A stretch of 64,000 nucleotides of DNA from Myxococcota bacterium (GCA_044344255.1 JBIJDH010000006.1:32001-96000), one strand, 5' to 3'; counted from the stretch's first letter, positions 20,100 to 30,369 are shown. Numbers and translations: made by a program. Notes: generated from the letters alone by a model not told the origin.

Positions 20100-20231
20100 C
20101 CGCACCCAGGCTGGGCCGCCGCGCCGGCGGGACCCTGAGGTGGGACAGGGATGTCGCGGAAAGGCGCGCCGTCGCCTTGTCGGGTCGGCTATCGGTCTGC
20201 ATCTTGTCGGTAGCAAGCCGATGAAATTGCC

Positions 20232-20248
20232 TTGGCATGGCTCGTGCT
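20232..20248 (+). promoter_or_regulatory. Putative sigma54 (-24/-12) promoter
   Basis: TTGGCATGGCTCGTGCT: GG-N10-GC spacing close to TGGCACG-N4-TTGC, ~25 nt upstream of RBS/ATG 20274. Confidence 0.6.
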
Positions 20249-20273
20249 GTATGGATGGCACAATGGAGGCGTG

Positions 20274-21851
20274 ATGCGTTCAACGCTGTTGATCGGGACC
20301 GGGATCTGGTTGGTGGGCTGTGGCGACTACGCCCTCAGCGACACGGGAGCGGCGAAAGGCGGCGCTGACTTCGCCGATGAAGACGGCGGCGCGTCGGCGG
20401 ATGGTGGAGGCGGGGACGGGGGAGGTGAAGAGCCGCCGCCCGAGGAGGAGGACGCCTACGCGGCCCTCGCGCCGGCCTCCACCGCCACCTATGTCTTCGT
20501 CGCCAACCCAGACCTCGGCACGGTGACGCGCATCTCGGTGCCCTCGCTGGCCGTGCTCACCGCGGAGGTGGGCACGAAGCCCACGGTGGTCGCCACCACC
20601 GCCGACTACAGCACCGCGGTCGTCTTCAACCAGGGCTCGGATGACCTCAGCGTCGTCGACGCCGAGACGATGGAGGTCACCACCGTCGAGGTGCGGGACA
20701 ACTACAACAACATGGTGATGTCGCCCGACGGTCGCTGGGTCGCCTGCTTCCACGACCAGGCCAAGGCCGAGCGTGAGGGGGACGAGGGCGACTCCGGCGG
20801 CACCGAGAGCTACAACGAGGTGAGCTTCGTCGATGTGCGCACGGGCGCGCACTTCCCGACCATCGTGGGCTTCAACCCCCGCCAGATCATCTTCACCGCC
20901 GACGCCAGCCGGGCGGTGGTCGTCTCGGACGCCTACCTCGTGGTGGTCGATCTCAGCGGCGAGGAGCCGGAGCGCTTCCCGGTCGCCATCAGCTCCGACA
21001 CCGTCGATCCCCCCGTCGCCGAGGAGGTGGTCCTCGATCCGGGCGGCCACTACGCCATCGTGCGGCAGTTCGGCGTCAACGAGCTCGTGGTGGTCGACCT
21101 CGACACCCTCATCGCTGGTCAGGTCGCCGTCGGAGACTCCCCCACCGACCTCGACGTCACGCCCGACGGTCTGGAGGCGGTCGCGGTCGCGCGCGGATCG
21201 AACGAGCTGTGGGTCTACGATCTCTCCGATCCCTACATCGAGCCCGTCATCGTCAACCTCCCCGCCGATGAGCTGCTCGGCAGCGTCGTGATGAGCGCCG
21301 ACAACACGAAGGGCCTGCTCTTCAGCACCGCCAGCGGCAAGAGCCGCTACGCTGTCTGGGACCGCACCGCCGCAGACCCCACCGACAGCGTCACCGTGCG
21401 CTCCCTCGAGAAGCCGGTGGCCGGCATGTCGGTGAGCCCGGACGGGGGCACGCTGCTCATCTTCCACGACAAAGACAATGGCGAGGACGTGCCGTCGAGC
21501 TCTGTCTTCTACAATGAGTACGCGCTCACCCTCGTGAGCCTCGCGGACTTCTTCCCGAACACGCTCCGCCTCGCCGGCAAGCCAGGCGAGTTCGCGCACA
21601 CGGCGGACGGCGCCGCCGGCTTCCTCATCGAGGAGGGCACGCCCGAGCTGCTGGCCCTCCACTACAGCGAGCTCCGTCACGACGCCATCGCGCTCAAGAG
21701 CGACGCCGTGCACGTCGGTGTCCTCCCCGACACCCACCTGGTCTACGCGAGCCAGGAGCACGACCTCGGTCGCATCAGCTTCTACGACTACGACACCGAG
21801 GAGCTGCAGACGGTCACCGGCTTCGAGCTGAACGCCCAGATCGACCACTGA
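20274..21851 (+). CDS. Lipoprotein with YVTN/YncE-like beta-propeller
   Basis: GGAGG RBS; lipobox LVGC; repeated VG..P..V..(T/S)PDG...V blades. Confidence 0.82.
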   Translation: MRSTLLIGTGIWLVGCGDYALSDTGAAKGGADFADEDGGASADGGGGDGGGEEPPPEEEDAYAALAPASTATYVFVANPDLGTVTRISVPSLAVLTAEVGTKPTVVATTADYSTAVVFNQGSDDLSVVDAETMEVTTVEVRDNYNNMVMSPDGRWVACFHDQAKAEREGDEGDSGGTESYNEVSFVDVRTGAHFPTIVGFNPRQIIFTADASRAVVVSDAYLVVVDLSGEEPERFPVAISSDTVDPPVAEEVVLDPGGHYAIVRQFGVNELVVVDLDTLIAGQVAVGDSPTDLDVTPDGLEAVAVARGSNELWVYDLSDPYIEPVIVNLPADELLGSVVMSADNTKGLLFSTASGKSRYAVWDRTAADPTDSVTVRSLEKPVAGMSVSPDGGTLLIFHDKDNGEDVPSSSVFYNEYALTLVSLADFFPNTLRLAGKPGEFAHTADGAAGFLIEEGTPELLALHYSELRHDAIALKSDAVHVGVLPDTHLVYASQEHDLGRISFYDYDTEELQTVTGFELNAQIDH

Positions 21852-21889
21852 TCCCGCGCCGCCGGGCCCTGTCCGGTGCCCCCCCTCTC

Positions 21890-21935
21890 CTGCATTCGCT
21901 TCTCTGCATTCGCTTCTCTGCATTCGCTTCTCTGC
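21890..21935. repeat. 14-bp tandem repeat CTGCATTCGCTTCT x3.3
   Basis: Perfect units at 21890, 21904, 21918 plus a partial unit; ends just before the RBS of the next gene. Confidence 0.9.
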
Positions 21936-21945
21936 GGAGCCCGTC

Positions 21946-23487
21946 ATGCGCGCCCCTCTGTTGCTCGCCCTGCTCACCGCTTGTGATCCTTTTGGTCGGT
22001 GGACAGATGATGATGAATGGTACCTCGACGCCGAGCTGTGGGACCCCGAGGTCGCCCCGACGGCGGACGGCAGCCTCTACGTGCGGCTCCCTGCCCAGGG
22101 GCAGCTCGTGCGGGTCAAGGAGGACGGCTCCTTCGCTACCGTCGATCTCGACGGCGCGCAGGCCGACTCGATGGTGGTGACCCCGGACGGCGAGCGGGTG
22201 CTCGTTCTGGCCCGCTGGCCGCGCTGCAACAACGATGACGAGGAGATCGTCACCGTCGAGGATTGTCCGGAGGACGACCTCGAGTGGCGGCATGAGCTCG
22301 ACATCGTGGAGGAGGGCAAGCGCATCCGCACCGTCGATGTGCCGCCCCACCTCGACACCTTCTCCTTCGCGCCCGGCGGCACCACCGCGGTGGCCTGGCT
22401 CTCCGGCGACCCCTACGACGTCGAGATCGATGGCGTCGCCGATCTCACCGAGATCGTGTTCGTCGATCTGGCCACCGGCGACACCCAGGGCCTCTCGATC
22501 GGGTTCCGGCCGACCGACATCTTGTTCAGCGAGGACGGCACCCGCGCGGTGGTGCTCTCGAACTTCCAGGTGACGGTGGTGGACCTCGAGACCCGCGAGG
22601 AGCTCGTCACCTACGAGCTCGCCACCGACATCGACGCCAACGTCGTGCCCAAGGACGCCGTGCTCACCTCGGACGGGGACTGGATCCTGCTGACGGTGGA
22701 GGGGCGCTCCGAGCTCTTCGAGCTCAACATGAGCACCTTCTTCATCGACATCGAGGACCTCCCCGGCGAGCCCTTCGGCCTCGCGGAGGCGGCCGATCCG
22801 GAGGGCGAGCTGACGCTGCTGCTCTACGGTTCGCTGGCACAGGTCGATGTGCTCGATCACCGCGACTACCAGCTCCGGGAGGAGCCGATCGAGCTCGACG
22901 AGCCGGTCCACCATGGCCTCGCCGTGAATGGCGGCGCCGTCTTCTACAACGTCAACGAGGGGCACACGATCTACCTCTGGGACGCCGTCACCAACGACGT
23001 AGATGAGACCGCCATCGAGAACCCGCTGCTCGACCTCGCCCTCACCGGCTCGGGTCGCTTCGCGGTGGGCCTGCTCGGCCCGGAGCTCTCGGGCGCCAGC
23101 GAGTTCCAGGACTCGCTCTACGGGCTCGGGGTCGTCGACCTCGCCGAGCGACAGGCCGCCAGCCTCGTCTTCGAGGCCCGCCCGGTGGGCTTGGCCCTCG
23201 TCGATCGGGAGGGGGCCGACTACGCGCTCGCCCTGCTCGAAGGGGTGGAGGACGTCTACCAGATCGACCTCTCCGATCCCTCGAAGGCGCTGCCTATCGA
23301 GCTCCCCGCCCCGCCGGTCGGCATCGGCGCCCTGGCGGACGGGCGCTTCTACATCACGCACCGGCGCGCGCTCGGGCTCATCAGCTTCTTCGACCCGGCG
23401 GACGGCGCGCTCAAGACCGTGGGTGGCTTCGTGACCCCGGCCCTCCTCCCCGGGGAGACGACGCTGCCCCGGATCGAGGCGGACTGA
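21946..23487 (+). CDS. Lipoprotein beta-propeller, distant paralogue of upstream gene
   Basis: Lipobox LTAC; blades similar to upstream gene; shared C-terminal LG.ISF.D...L.TV.GF motif. Confidence 0.8.
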   Translation: MRAPLLLALLTACDPFGRWTDDDEWYLDAELWDPEVAPTADGSLYVRLPAQGQLVRVKEDGSFATVDLDGAQADSMVVTPDGERVLVLARWPRCNNDDEEIVTVEDCPEDDLEWRHELDIVEEGKRIRTVDVPPHLDTFSFAPGGTTAVAWLSGDPYDVEIDGVADLTEIVFVDLATGDTQGLSIGFRPTDILFSEDGTRAVVLSNFQVTVVDLETREELVTYELATDIDANVVPKDAVLTSDGDWILLTVEGRSELFELNMSTFFIDIEDLPGEPFGLAEAADPEGELTLLLYGSLAQVDVLDHRDYQLREEPIELDEPVHHGLAVNGGAVFYNVNEGHTIYLWDAVTNDVDETAIENPLLDLALTGSGRFAVGLLGPELSGASEFQDSLYGLGVVDLAERQAASLVFEARPVGLALVDREGADYALALLEGVEDVYQIDLSDPSKALPIELPAPPVGIGALADGRFYITHRRALGLISFFDPADGALKTVGGFVTPALLPGETTLPRIEAD

Positions 23488-23594
23488 GGCGCCGCTCGTG
23501 CACCTCGTCGCCTCAGGATTGAAATTGGCTCTGGATTGAACGAACCGGAATCGACGGGCCCCCCAGGGCCGCGTCTCGAGAGACGGAGACCCTC

Positions 23595-24302
23595 ATGGAA
23601 ACCATGCTCCTCGCTTTTCTCTTCTCGAACCTGCACTCCCCCGTCGCCGAGGCGGCGCCACCCGCCGCGGGCCGCTCGGCCGCGCTCCAAGGCCACGAGA
23701 TCGCCTTTGAGCTCGGGACGACGCATGACGCGAGCGCGAACGCCGAGTTCCTCCACGGTGGAGAGGCCGCGTCCAGCCAGGGGCTCCGGCTCGGCTTTGG
23801 CCTCGGCGAGCACCTGAGCCTGATCGGAGGCTGGCACCGGAGCCGCTACGGGCAGGAGATCATCCTGGTCTCGGACTCCACCGAGTGGACCGGGGACGGT
23901 GGGCTGCGCTCGCAGTTCGTCCTTGACCAGCTCTCGGCGGGGGTGAAGGTGCGGCGGGAGGTCCGCCCCTGGCTCCAGCCCTACGCCAACGCCCAGCTCG
24001 TCCTGGCCCGCGCGGAGGTGCGCCTGGACGACGCCTCCGAGGAGGATGAGAACCCGAACGAGCTGCGCGCGAAGGGCCTCGCGCCCGGCGCGATGGTCAT
24101 GGCCGGCCTGGAGGTAGACCCGCTGCGCGCCTTCGGCGGTCGCCTCGGCTCCTACCTCGAGCTCGGCTACGACTACACCCTGCCGCTGCACCTCCGCGAC
24201 GAGGCCGGCCACGAAGGCAGCTCCGGCGGCGACGAGGTGGAGCTGGGAGACGTGCGGCTCCAGGGCTTCGCGCTGCGCTGGGGGGTCGGCTACCGCTTCT
24301 GA
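23595..24302 (+). CDS. Outer-membrane beta-barrel protein
   Basis: Signal peptide; alternating amphipathic strands; C-terminal WGVGYRF beta-signal. Confidence 0.75.
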   Translation: METMLLAFLFSNLHSPVAEAAPPAAGRSAALQGHEIAFELGTTHDASANAEFLHGGEAASSQGLRLGFGLGEHLSLIGGWHRSRYGQEIILVSDSTEWTGDGGLRSQFVLDQLSAGVKVRREVRPWLQPYANAQLVLARAEVRLDDASEEDENPNELRAKGLAPGAMVMAGLEVDPLRAFGGRLGSYLELGYDYTLPLHLRDEAGHEGSSGGDEVELGDVRLQGFALRWGVGYRF

Positions 24303-24342
24303 AGAGGGTGGGGTCGCGGTCCGGGAGGCTCAGGGGCAGCCT

Positions 24343-27300
24343 TCAGCGACAGAGCTCGATCCGGCCCTCGACCCGCCGCGCTCGGCCTCGATCGCACAGG
24401 ATGGTGACGCCGGCGGCGATCCGCTCCTCGGCTCGCCGACCGCGCCCGGTGAGGCCGAAGAGGCGCGCGGTCTCGCGGATGAGGGCATCCACCGGGAGGG
24501 AGAGGTTCTGGCGCAGCACATAGAGCGCGCCCGCCGCCATCTCTTCGGCGGGGATCTGCTCGGGCTCGCGGAGGATGCCGTTGGGCGCGGCCCCGCGGAT
24601 GACGGTCCACTCCTCGGGGTCCTGGCCCTCTGCCCACACAAAGCCGTCGATCACGTCGAGCTTGCCGCGGGTCTCGACGGTCGCGACGGCCTCTCCGAGG
24701 CGGCGCCGAACCCGGTCGGTCATCCGGCTGACCCCCCAGCAGGCCGCGACCCGCCGGTACAGCTCATCGACGGCGATGGGGGCCTCTGCCTCGACGAGGA
24801 GGAGGATGCGCCGCTCGATGAGGGGCGTGGCGGCGGGGAGGTACAGGGCCTCGGGATCGGAGGAGACGGGCTCGAGGCCGGCGAGGCGGTAGGGGATGAC
24901 GGGGGCGCGGGGCTTCATCACCGCCTCGAGGCGGCTGGGCTTGGGCGCCTCGGCGGCGGCCTCGCGGGAGCTGTCGAGGGGTGAAGGCGTGGGCGGAGCC
25001 GGGAGCGGAGCGGTGAGGGGCGCAGGCTCGGGCGAGGCGGCGCCGCGACGGCGCTCCTCGAGGGCGGCCTGGAGGGCCGCCTCGACGCGGGCGAGGGTGC
25101 CCTCCCGATCTTGGAGGAGGTCGGTCGACCAGACGCGGAGCACCCGCCAGCCCAGCTGCTGGAGCACGGCGGGCCGGAGGCGGTCGCGGTCGCGGACGGT
25201 GGCGGCGGCGCGGTAGGTGGGCCCGTCCCCCTCGATGGCCATCAGGTACTCGCCCGGCTGGTCGGGGTGCACCACCGCGAGGTCGACCCGGTACTCCCCG
25301 GTCCCCACCTGGCAGTCGACCGTCCAGCCTCGGGCGCTGAGCGCGGCGTGGAGGTCGGCCTCGAAGGGGGAGGGGAAGTCCTGCTGGCGCAGCCGCTGCG
25401 CCCCTTGGCCTCGCGCGGCGGCGAGGCGGAGGAAGGCCTGCAGGTGGCGCGCGCCCACGGCGGGGGCCCGGCTGAGGTCGATCTGGTCGGCGGTGAGGGT
25501 GGCGAAGATCCGCAGCGTCTCCCGGGCCCGCGTGATCGCGACGTTGAGGCGGCGCTCGCCGCCGGCCCGGTTGAGGGGGCCGAAATTCATCCAGACGCGG
25601 CCGCCCTCGTCAGGGCCGTAGCAGACGCTGAACAAGATCTCGTCCCGCTCGTCGCCCTGCACGTTCTCGAGGTTCTTGACGAAGACCGGCTCGGGGATGC
25701 CCTCGGCGAAGTGCGGCTCGATCTCGGGGCAGCGGCCGCGGGCGAGGTCGAGGAGATCGGACACCAGCGCCTGCTGGGGCATGCTGAAGGTGACCACCCC
25801 GAAGCTGCGCGCGCCGGGCCGGGTGGCCTGGAGGGAGGCGACGAGGTGCTCAACCAGGGCCTCGGCCTCCGCGCGGTTGGTCCGGCTCTTCCCCTTCTCG
25901 TAGACCCCGCCCGGCACCGGGTGCAGGTGCAGGCCGAGCTCTGGGTCTCGGCTGCGGGCGGCGGGGAAGATCTGGAGCTTGTTCTCGTAGGAGTGCTCGT
26001 TGCTGAAGGCGATCAGCGACTCGTGCCGGCTCCGATAGTGCCAGCCGAGGGTCATCTGGGGCAGGCCGGCGGCCAGGGCCTCGTCGAGGATGCTCTCCAG
26101 CTCCACGACGTCGTTCTCGTCGGGCAGGGCCTCCTCGGCGGTGTCGCGGGTAAAGAAGGTGGTGGGCGGGAGCTGCTTGCTGTCCCCCACGATGACCACC
26201 TGCTCGCCGCGCGCGATCGCCCCGATGGCCTCGTGGGTGCCGATCTGGCTGGCCTCGTCGAAGACGACGAGGTCAAAGCGCCGCCCGCTCGCAGGGAGGT
26301 ATTGGGCCACGGACAGGGGGCTCATCAACAGACAGGGCTTGAGCCGCGGGAGGAGGTTGGGGATCGAGGCGAGCAGCTTTCGGAGGGGCAGGTGGGCCCG
26401 CTGCTTTCGCAGCTCGCGTTGGAGCAGCGCGGGCTCCCCACCCTCGGCGGCGCCACCCGCGGGCAGCCGCTCCTCTACCCGCCGCAGCACCTGTGCCCGG
26501 GCGAGGGGCAGCAGCGCGGCGTCGATCGCCCGGAAGCGTGCGACCCGTCGATCCTGTTCGTCCCCGCTGAAGGTGCGCAGCAGGGGCTCGTTGTCGCTGA
26601 AGGTCACGCACCAACGCTGGAGCAGGGCTCGCTCGACGGCGCGGCGGAGGTCGGCCGCGCGCACGCGGTCGGTCTTGTGAGCTTCCACGATGCCGGAGAG
26701 CCCGAGGCGGCGGCACCCCTCGGCGGCCCGCCCGTAGAGGGACCAGGCCCGGAAGCGGGGCAGCGCGGCGCCCCACGCCTCGACCTGTTGGCGGAGACTG
26801 GAGAGGTAGTCCGCGGTGTCGGGGTCGCCGAGGTTGGCCTCGACGAGCCCTTCGAGGCGAGAGCGGGCCCCGCGCAGCCGACCAGCGGCGGCCGCGAGCT
26901 CCGCTGATCGCGCGGAGAGGTTGGCGCGACGCGGGTCTTCACCATCGGCGCGGAGGAGGTCGAGGAGGAGGGTGGGCTCCCCGCCGCCGGCCGCCTTCCA
27001 CGAACGGCGGGCCTCCTGGAGGGCCTCAACTTCGCGGAGCAGCGTCGCCAGGGCCGCCGGATCGCCGGACCAGGTGCCCTCCAAGACCTGAACGAGGGCA
27101 GCGCGCTCTGCCTCGTGAGGGGGCTCGAGCGCCTGGACGTCGCGCAGCGTCGAGAGATCGGCCGTGATCCGCGCGTCCGCCGGGAGGTCACCGCGGGCGA
27201 AGCGCCGGAGGCTCTGGCGCGGAAAGAATAGGAAGATCCAAGCGAAGAGGAAGAAGGAGCCGGCCCAGGTCTTGAATTGGAGGTAAATATTGCCGAGGGG

Positions 27301-30300
27301 AGCGCGGAGCAGCTCGTCTCGCCACCGCTGTGCGAGATCGGCGCGTCGCTCGTGGTCCTGCTGATGGAGCCCGAGCCAGGCCGTCGCCCGGGCCGCGATC
27401 TCCGGCCAGACCGGGCTCAGCAGGGCGGGCGGCAGCGGACGCGCGGCGAGGGCGGCGCCGAGCGAGGCGAGGACCTCGGCGCCGCGGAGGCTCCCGAGCG
27501 CGGGGGTGTGGAGGCTGGAGGCCACAGCCCGCAGCGCGCGGTCGAGCTCCGTCTCTCCCTCCCGGACCTCTTCGAGGGCCGCCCGGACAGCCTCGTCGGT
27601 GCCATGGCTCCAGTCGGTGATGCGGGTGTCGCGCCAGGGATTGGCGGGCACGGGCTCGACGGCCTGCGCCGCCACCGCGAGGCTGTCCACGGCCTCCGAC
27701 ATCGCGGAGAGCCAGGCTTGATCGATGCGGGTGACGTCGGCGAAGGTGAGGCGCACGTCGGGCGCGTCGCGGAGCCCGAGGAGGCGCCCCCCGACCTGAT
27801 GCAGGCTGAGCCCGAGGAGGCGGGGGCTGTGCAGGGCGCGGACGACCCCGTGGAGCTGCCCGCGGAGGACCTCCAGCTCCCGATTCCGCGCCGCCCACAT
27901 CGGGTCGTCGGCCAGGGCCCTGCGCTCGAGGGCGCGACCGAGCTCGGTGACGACCTCCTTCTTGCTCGCCTTGTGGGAGTGGAGCTCCAGCACGGCGCCG
28001 CCGAGGCCCACCTGCTGGAGGCGCCGGTGGACGACGTCGAGCGCGGCCATCTTCTCGGAGACGAAGAGGACCGACTTGCCCTCGGCCAGGGCCGCCGCGA
28101 TAAGGTTGGTGATGGTCTGGGACTTGCCGGTGCCCGGCGGCCCCTGGAGCACGAAGCTCCGCCCCCGCAGCGCGGCCAGCACCGCCACGATCTGCGTGCT
28201 GTCTGCGTCGAGGACGAGGGGGAGCGCGCCGCAGGGCAGCTCGGAGTCGAGCTCGGTGGCCTCGGGGGCGGGTGGCGCCGCCGGTGCCGCCTGCAGCCCC
28301 CCGGCGGCGAGGTGTCGGACCACCGCGTTCTCGAGGAGGACCGAAGCGCTCTCTTCGAGGTCCCGCCACATGAGGAAGCGGGTGAAGGTGAAGAGGGCGA
28401 GGTGGGCCTCATCGAGCACCTCCCAGCGGGGGACGCGGCTGATCGCGGCCCGGGCGGCGCGGAGCAGCGCGCCCATGTTCACGCCCGCCTCGTCTCCCTC
28501 GGGGTTGGCGAGGAAGGGCATCTCAACGGCGTAGTCCCGGCGCAGCTTCTCGGCGAGCGTGATGTTGCCGATCGGCTCTTCGTCGATGCGACGCAAGCGG
28601 AGCCGGCGGGTTCGGCGGTCGAAGTCGAGGCGGACCGGCAAGAGGAGGAGGGGGGCGTAACGGGGGCTGGTGACGTCCTCTGCCTCGAACCACTTGAGCA
28701 GACCGAGGGCGACGAAGAGCGTATTGGCGCCGCCCTCTTCGAAGTCACGGCGGGCCGCTCGATCGAGCTCGACGGCCCGCTTGACGAGCTCCGGCTCGGT
28801 CCAGGGGACGTGGATGAGCTGCCGATCGAGGTCATCGGAGCGGCGGCGCTGGAGGTCACCGGCCTCCGTGCGGGTCTCGACGAGGCTCGGATCGCGCGCG
28901 TCCCGGGGGTCCGATGGGGGGCGCGGCAGGAGCTCGTAGGCACGGTCGGAGGACAGCCCGTCCTCGAGGCGCCCGAGGTCTGGCACGAGGAGCGGCAGGG
29001 CGCCGCCGAGCCCCGGCCGGAAGTTGAGCAGGCGGTTGCGGAGGGAGAGGTCGAGCAGGCGCTCCGACCAGCGGCGCAGGCGGGCACGGACGGGGTCGGC
29101 GGGCGCGGTCGCGCTCCCCGACGGGGACCCGGGCGGGAGGGGCACCAGCTCGACCTGGGGTTCCTCGAGCTGCGGCGGCCCGCCCTCGATGCCCTCGCCT
29201 GCAGCCTCGCCCGCGGCCTCGCCGGCGGAGCGCTCGGCGGCCGGCGGGTGGATCCGCAGGGGGAGGGGGAGGTAGCGCTCGCCGCGGGCGACCCGCAGGT
29301 CGATGGCACAGATGAAACGCTCATCGTCGGAGAGCTGCGCCCGGGCGGCCTCGATCGCCACCTCGACCCCCGGCGTCCCGGCCGCGGTGAGCGCGGTGAC
29401 GTCAAAGACCAGCAGCTCATCGAGGCCGAGCAGGCTGCGCAGGCGCGCCGCGTCGCCGACCACACCTTCGGGGAAGCGGTCGTCCGTGAGCCAGACTCCG
29501 AGGAAGATGTGGCCCCGCACGATGATGAGGAGCGGGGCGAGGCGGAGCTGCTCGAGCAGCGCGGCCACGAACAGGCTGAGATCGAGGCAGTTGCCCATCT
29601 CCTCCTGGATGATCTGATCGGGCAGGCGCACCTTCTGGCCCACCGCCTCGAAGCTCGCGGCGCCCCCGATGTAGCTGAGGCCGAGAGACCGAAAGGCCTC
29701 GAGGGCCCCCAGCGCCAGGGTGCGGACCCGCGAGGTCGACCGGGTGGGGTACCCGTCGAGGGAGGGATCCCCCGACCGCGCGACCACCGCCTCCCGCACC
29801 CGCGGCAAGAGGCGGCCGACGTCGGGGTGATTGGGGAGGACGAAGCAGGAGAGCAAGGCGGGCGGTGCGCGGAAGCCCGGCCACTCGTTGAAGGCGAGCA
29901 GCTGGATGCCGACATCGCCAGACGCCAGCACCGCGCCCTCCGGGGCCTCGGGGCCGCCCGGCGCGCCGCGGAGGCACCACCGGAGCCGGATCTGCTCCGC
30001 CTCGACCACCGCGCGGACCCGGCCCGGCGGGGTGGGCAGATCCAGCGGGCCAAGCTCCGCGGTCTCCCCGCCGTGGAGAGGGGGGATCGCGAAGACGTGG
30101 CGGGGACCGAGGTCAGGGAGGAGCTCGACCTCCAGCCGGACCCCGTGTAAGGGCGCCGCGCGGTCGTTGAAGATCCGGACCATCGGGACGAGGGGGACCC
30201 CGCTCTGCTCGAGCGCGAAGTTGAGCGTCGGGGCGACCGTCAGGCTGACCCGGACCCCGTCGCCGCCCTCGCCGCCCGAGGGCGCCTCGTCGCCGCGCGA

Positions 30301-30369
30301 CTGGGGCTCCGCCCCGGGAGGCGTGGACCGGGGCGGCTCTGCCCGCGTGCTCAGCTCGGTGGGGGTCAA
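24343..30369 (-). CDS. DUF4011 - SF1 (Upf1-like) helicase - Vsr-like nuclease - DUF3320 protein (Hhe-type)
   Basis: LLDLSLRNRLLNF (DUF4011); QGPPGTGKSQTI Walker A; FDEASQ, GDSKQLPPT, WHYRSRHE, ENVQGDERD, RRLNVAITRA; nuclease-like YRVDLAV...IEGDG..Y...RDRDRLR...LGWRVLRVWS; N-terminal GNCLD...GH transglutaminase-like motif. Confidence 0.9.
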   Translation of the reverse strand: MTPTELSTRAEPPRSTPPGAEPQSRGDEAPSGGEGGDGVRVSLTVAPTLNFALEQSGVPLVPMVRIFNDRAAPLHGVRLEVELLPDLGPRHVFAIPPLHGGETAELGPLDLPTPPGRVRAVVEAEQIRLRWCLRGAPGGPEAPEGAVLASGDVGIQLLAFNEWPGFRAPPALLSCFVLPNHPDVGRLLPRVREAVVARSGDPSLDGYPTRSTSRVRTLALGALEAFRSLGLSYIGGAASFEAVGQKVRLPDQIIQEEMGNCLDLSLFVAALLEQLRLAPLLIIVRGHIFLGVWLTDDRFPEGVVGDAARLRSLLGLDELLVFDVTALTAAGTPGVEVAIEAARAQLSDDERFICAIDLRVARGERYLPLPLRIHPPAAERSAGEAAGEAAGEGIEGGPPQLEEPQVELVPLPPGSPSGSATAPADPVRARLRRWSERLLDLSLRNRLLNFRPGLGGALPLLVPDLGRLEDGLSSDRAYELLPRPPSDPRDARDPSLVETRTEAGDLQRRRSDDLDRQLIHVPWTEPELVKRAVELDRAARRDFEEGGANTLFVALGLLKWFEAEDVTSPRYAPLLLLPVRLDFDRRTRRLRLRRIDEEPIGNITLAEKLRRDYAVEMPFLANPEGDEAGVNMGALLRAARAAISRVPRWEVLDEAHLALFTFTRFLMWRDLEESASVLLENAVVRHLAAGGLQAAPAAPPAPEATELDSELPCGALPLVLDADSTQIVAVLAALRGRSFVLQGPPGTGKSQTITNLIAAALAEGKSVLFVSEKMAALDVVHRRLQQVGLGGAVLELHSHKASKKEVVTELGRALERRALADDPMWAARNRELEVLRGQLHGVVRALHSPRLLGLSLHQVGGRLLGLRDAPDVRLTFADVTRIDQAWLSAMSEAVDSLAVAAQAVEPVPANPWRDTRITDWSHGTDEAVRAALEEVREGETELDRALRAVASSLHTPALGSLRGAEVLASLGAALAARPLPPALLSPVWPEIAARATAWLGLHQQDHERRADLAQRWRDELLRAPLGNIYLQFKTWAGSFFLFAWIFLFFPRQSLRRFARGDLPADARITADLSTLRDVQALEPPHEAERAALVQVLEGTWSGDPAALATLLREVEALQEARRSWKAAGGGEPTLLLDLLRADGEDPRRANLSARSAELAAAAGRLRGARSRLEGLVEANLGDPDTADYLSSLRQQVEAWGAALPRFRAWSLYGRAAEGCRRLGLSGIVEAHKTDRVRAADLRRAVERALLQRWCVTFSDNEPLLRTFSGDEQDRRVARFRAIDAALLPLARAQVLRRVEERLPAGGAAEGGEPALLQRELRKQRAHLPLRKLLASIPNLLPRLKPCLLMSPLSVAQYLPASGRRFDLVVFDEASQIGTHEAIGAIARGEQVVIVGDSKQLPPTTFFTRDTAEEALPDENDVVELESILDEALAAGLPQMTLGWHYRSRHESLIAFSNEHSYENKLQIFPAARSRDPELGLHLHPVPGGVYEKGKSRTNRAEAEALVEHLVASLQATRPGARSFGVVTFSMPQQALVSDLLDLARGRCPEIEPHFAEGIPEPVFVKNLENVQGDERDEILFSVCYGPDEGGRVWMNFGPLNRAGGERRLNVAITRARETLRIFATLTADQIDLSRAPAVGARHLQAFLRLAAARGQGAQRLRQQDFPSPFEADLHAALSARGWTVDCQVGTGEYRVDLAVVHPDQPGEYLMAIEGDGPTYRAAATVRDRDRLRPAVLQQLGWRVLRVWSTDLLQDREGTLARVEAALQAALEERRRGAASPEPAPLTAPLPAPPTPSPLDSSREAAAEAPKPSRLEAVMKPRAPVIPYRLAGLEPVSSDPEALYLPAATPLIERRILLLVEAEAPIAVDELYRRVAACWGVSRMTDRVRRRLGEAVATVETRGKLDVIDGFVWAEGQDPEEWTVIRGAAPNGILREPEQIPAEEMAAGALYVLRQNLSLPVDALIRETARLFGLTGRGRRAEERIAAGVTILCDRGRARRVEGRIELCR

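Noticed and set aside
18666..20100. tRNA-Leu as an integration site for an island
   Set aside because: No integrase nearby and no repeat of the tRNA 3' end seen in the window.
21890..21935. CRISPR array
   Set aside because: Head-to-tail 14-mers without spacers; no cas genes.
25111..30150. Long plus-strand ORFs (598 and 957 aa) opposite the helicase, and similar shadow ORFs across the window
   Set aside because: Typical high-GC antisense or alternative-frame ORFs with no motifs.
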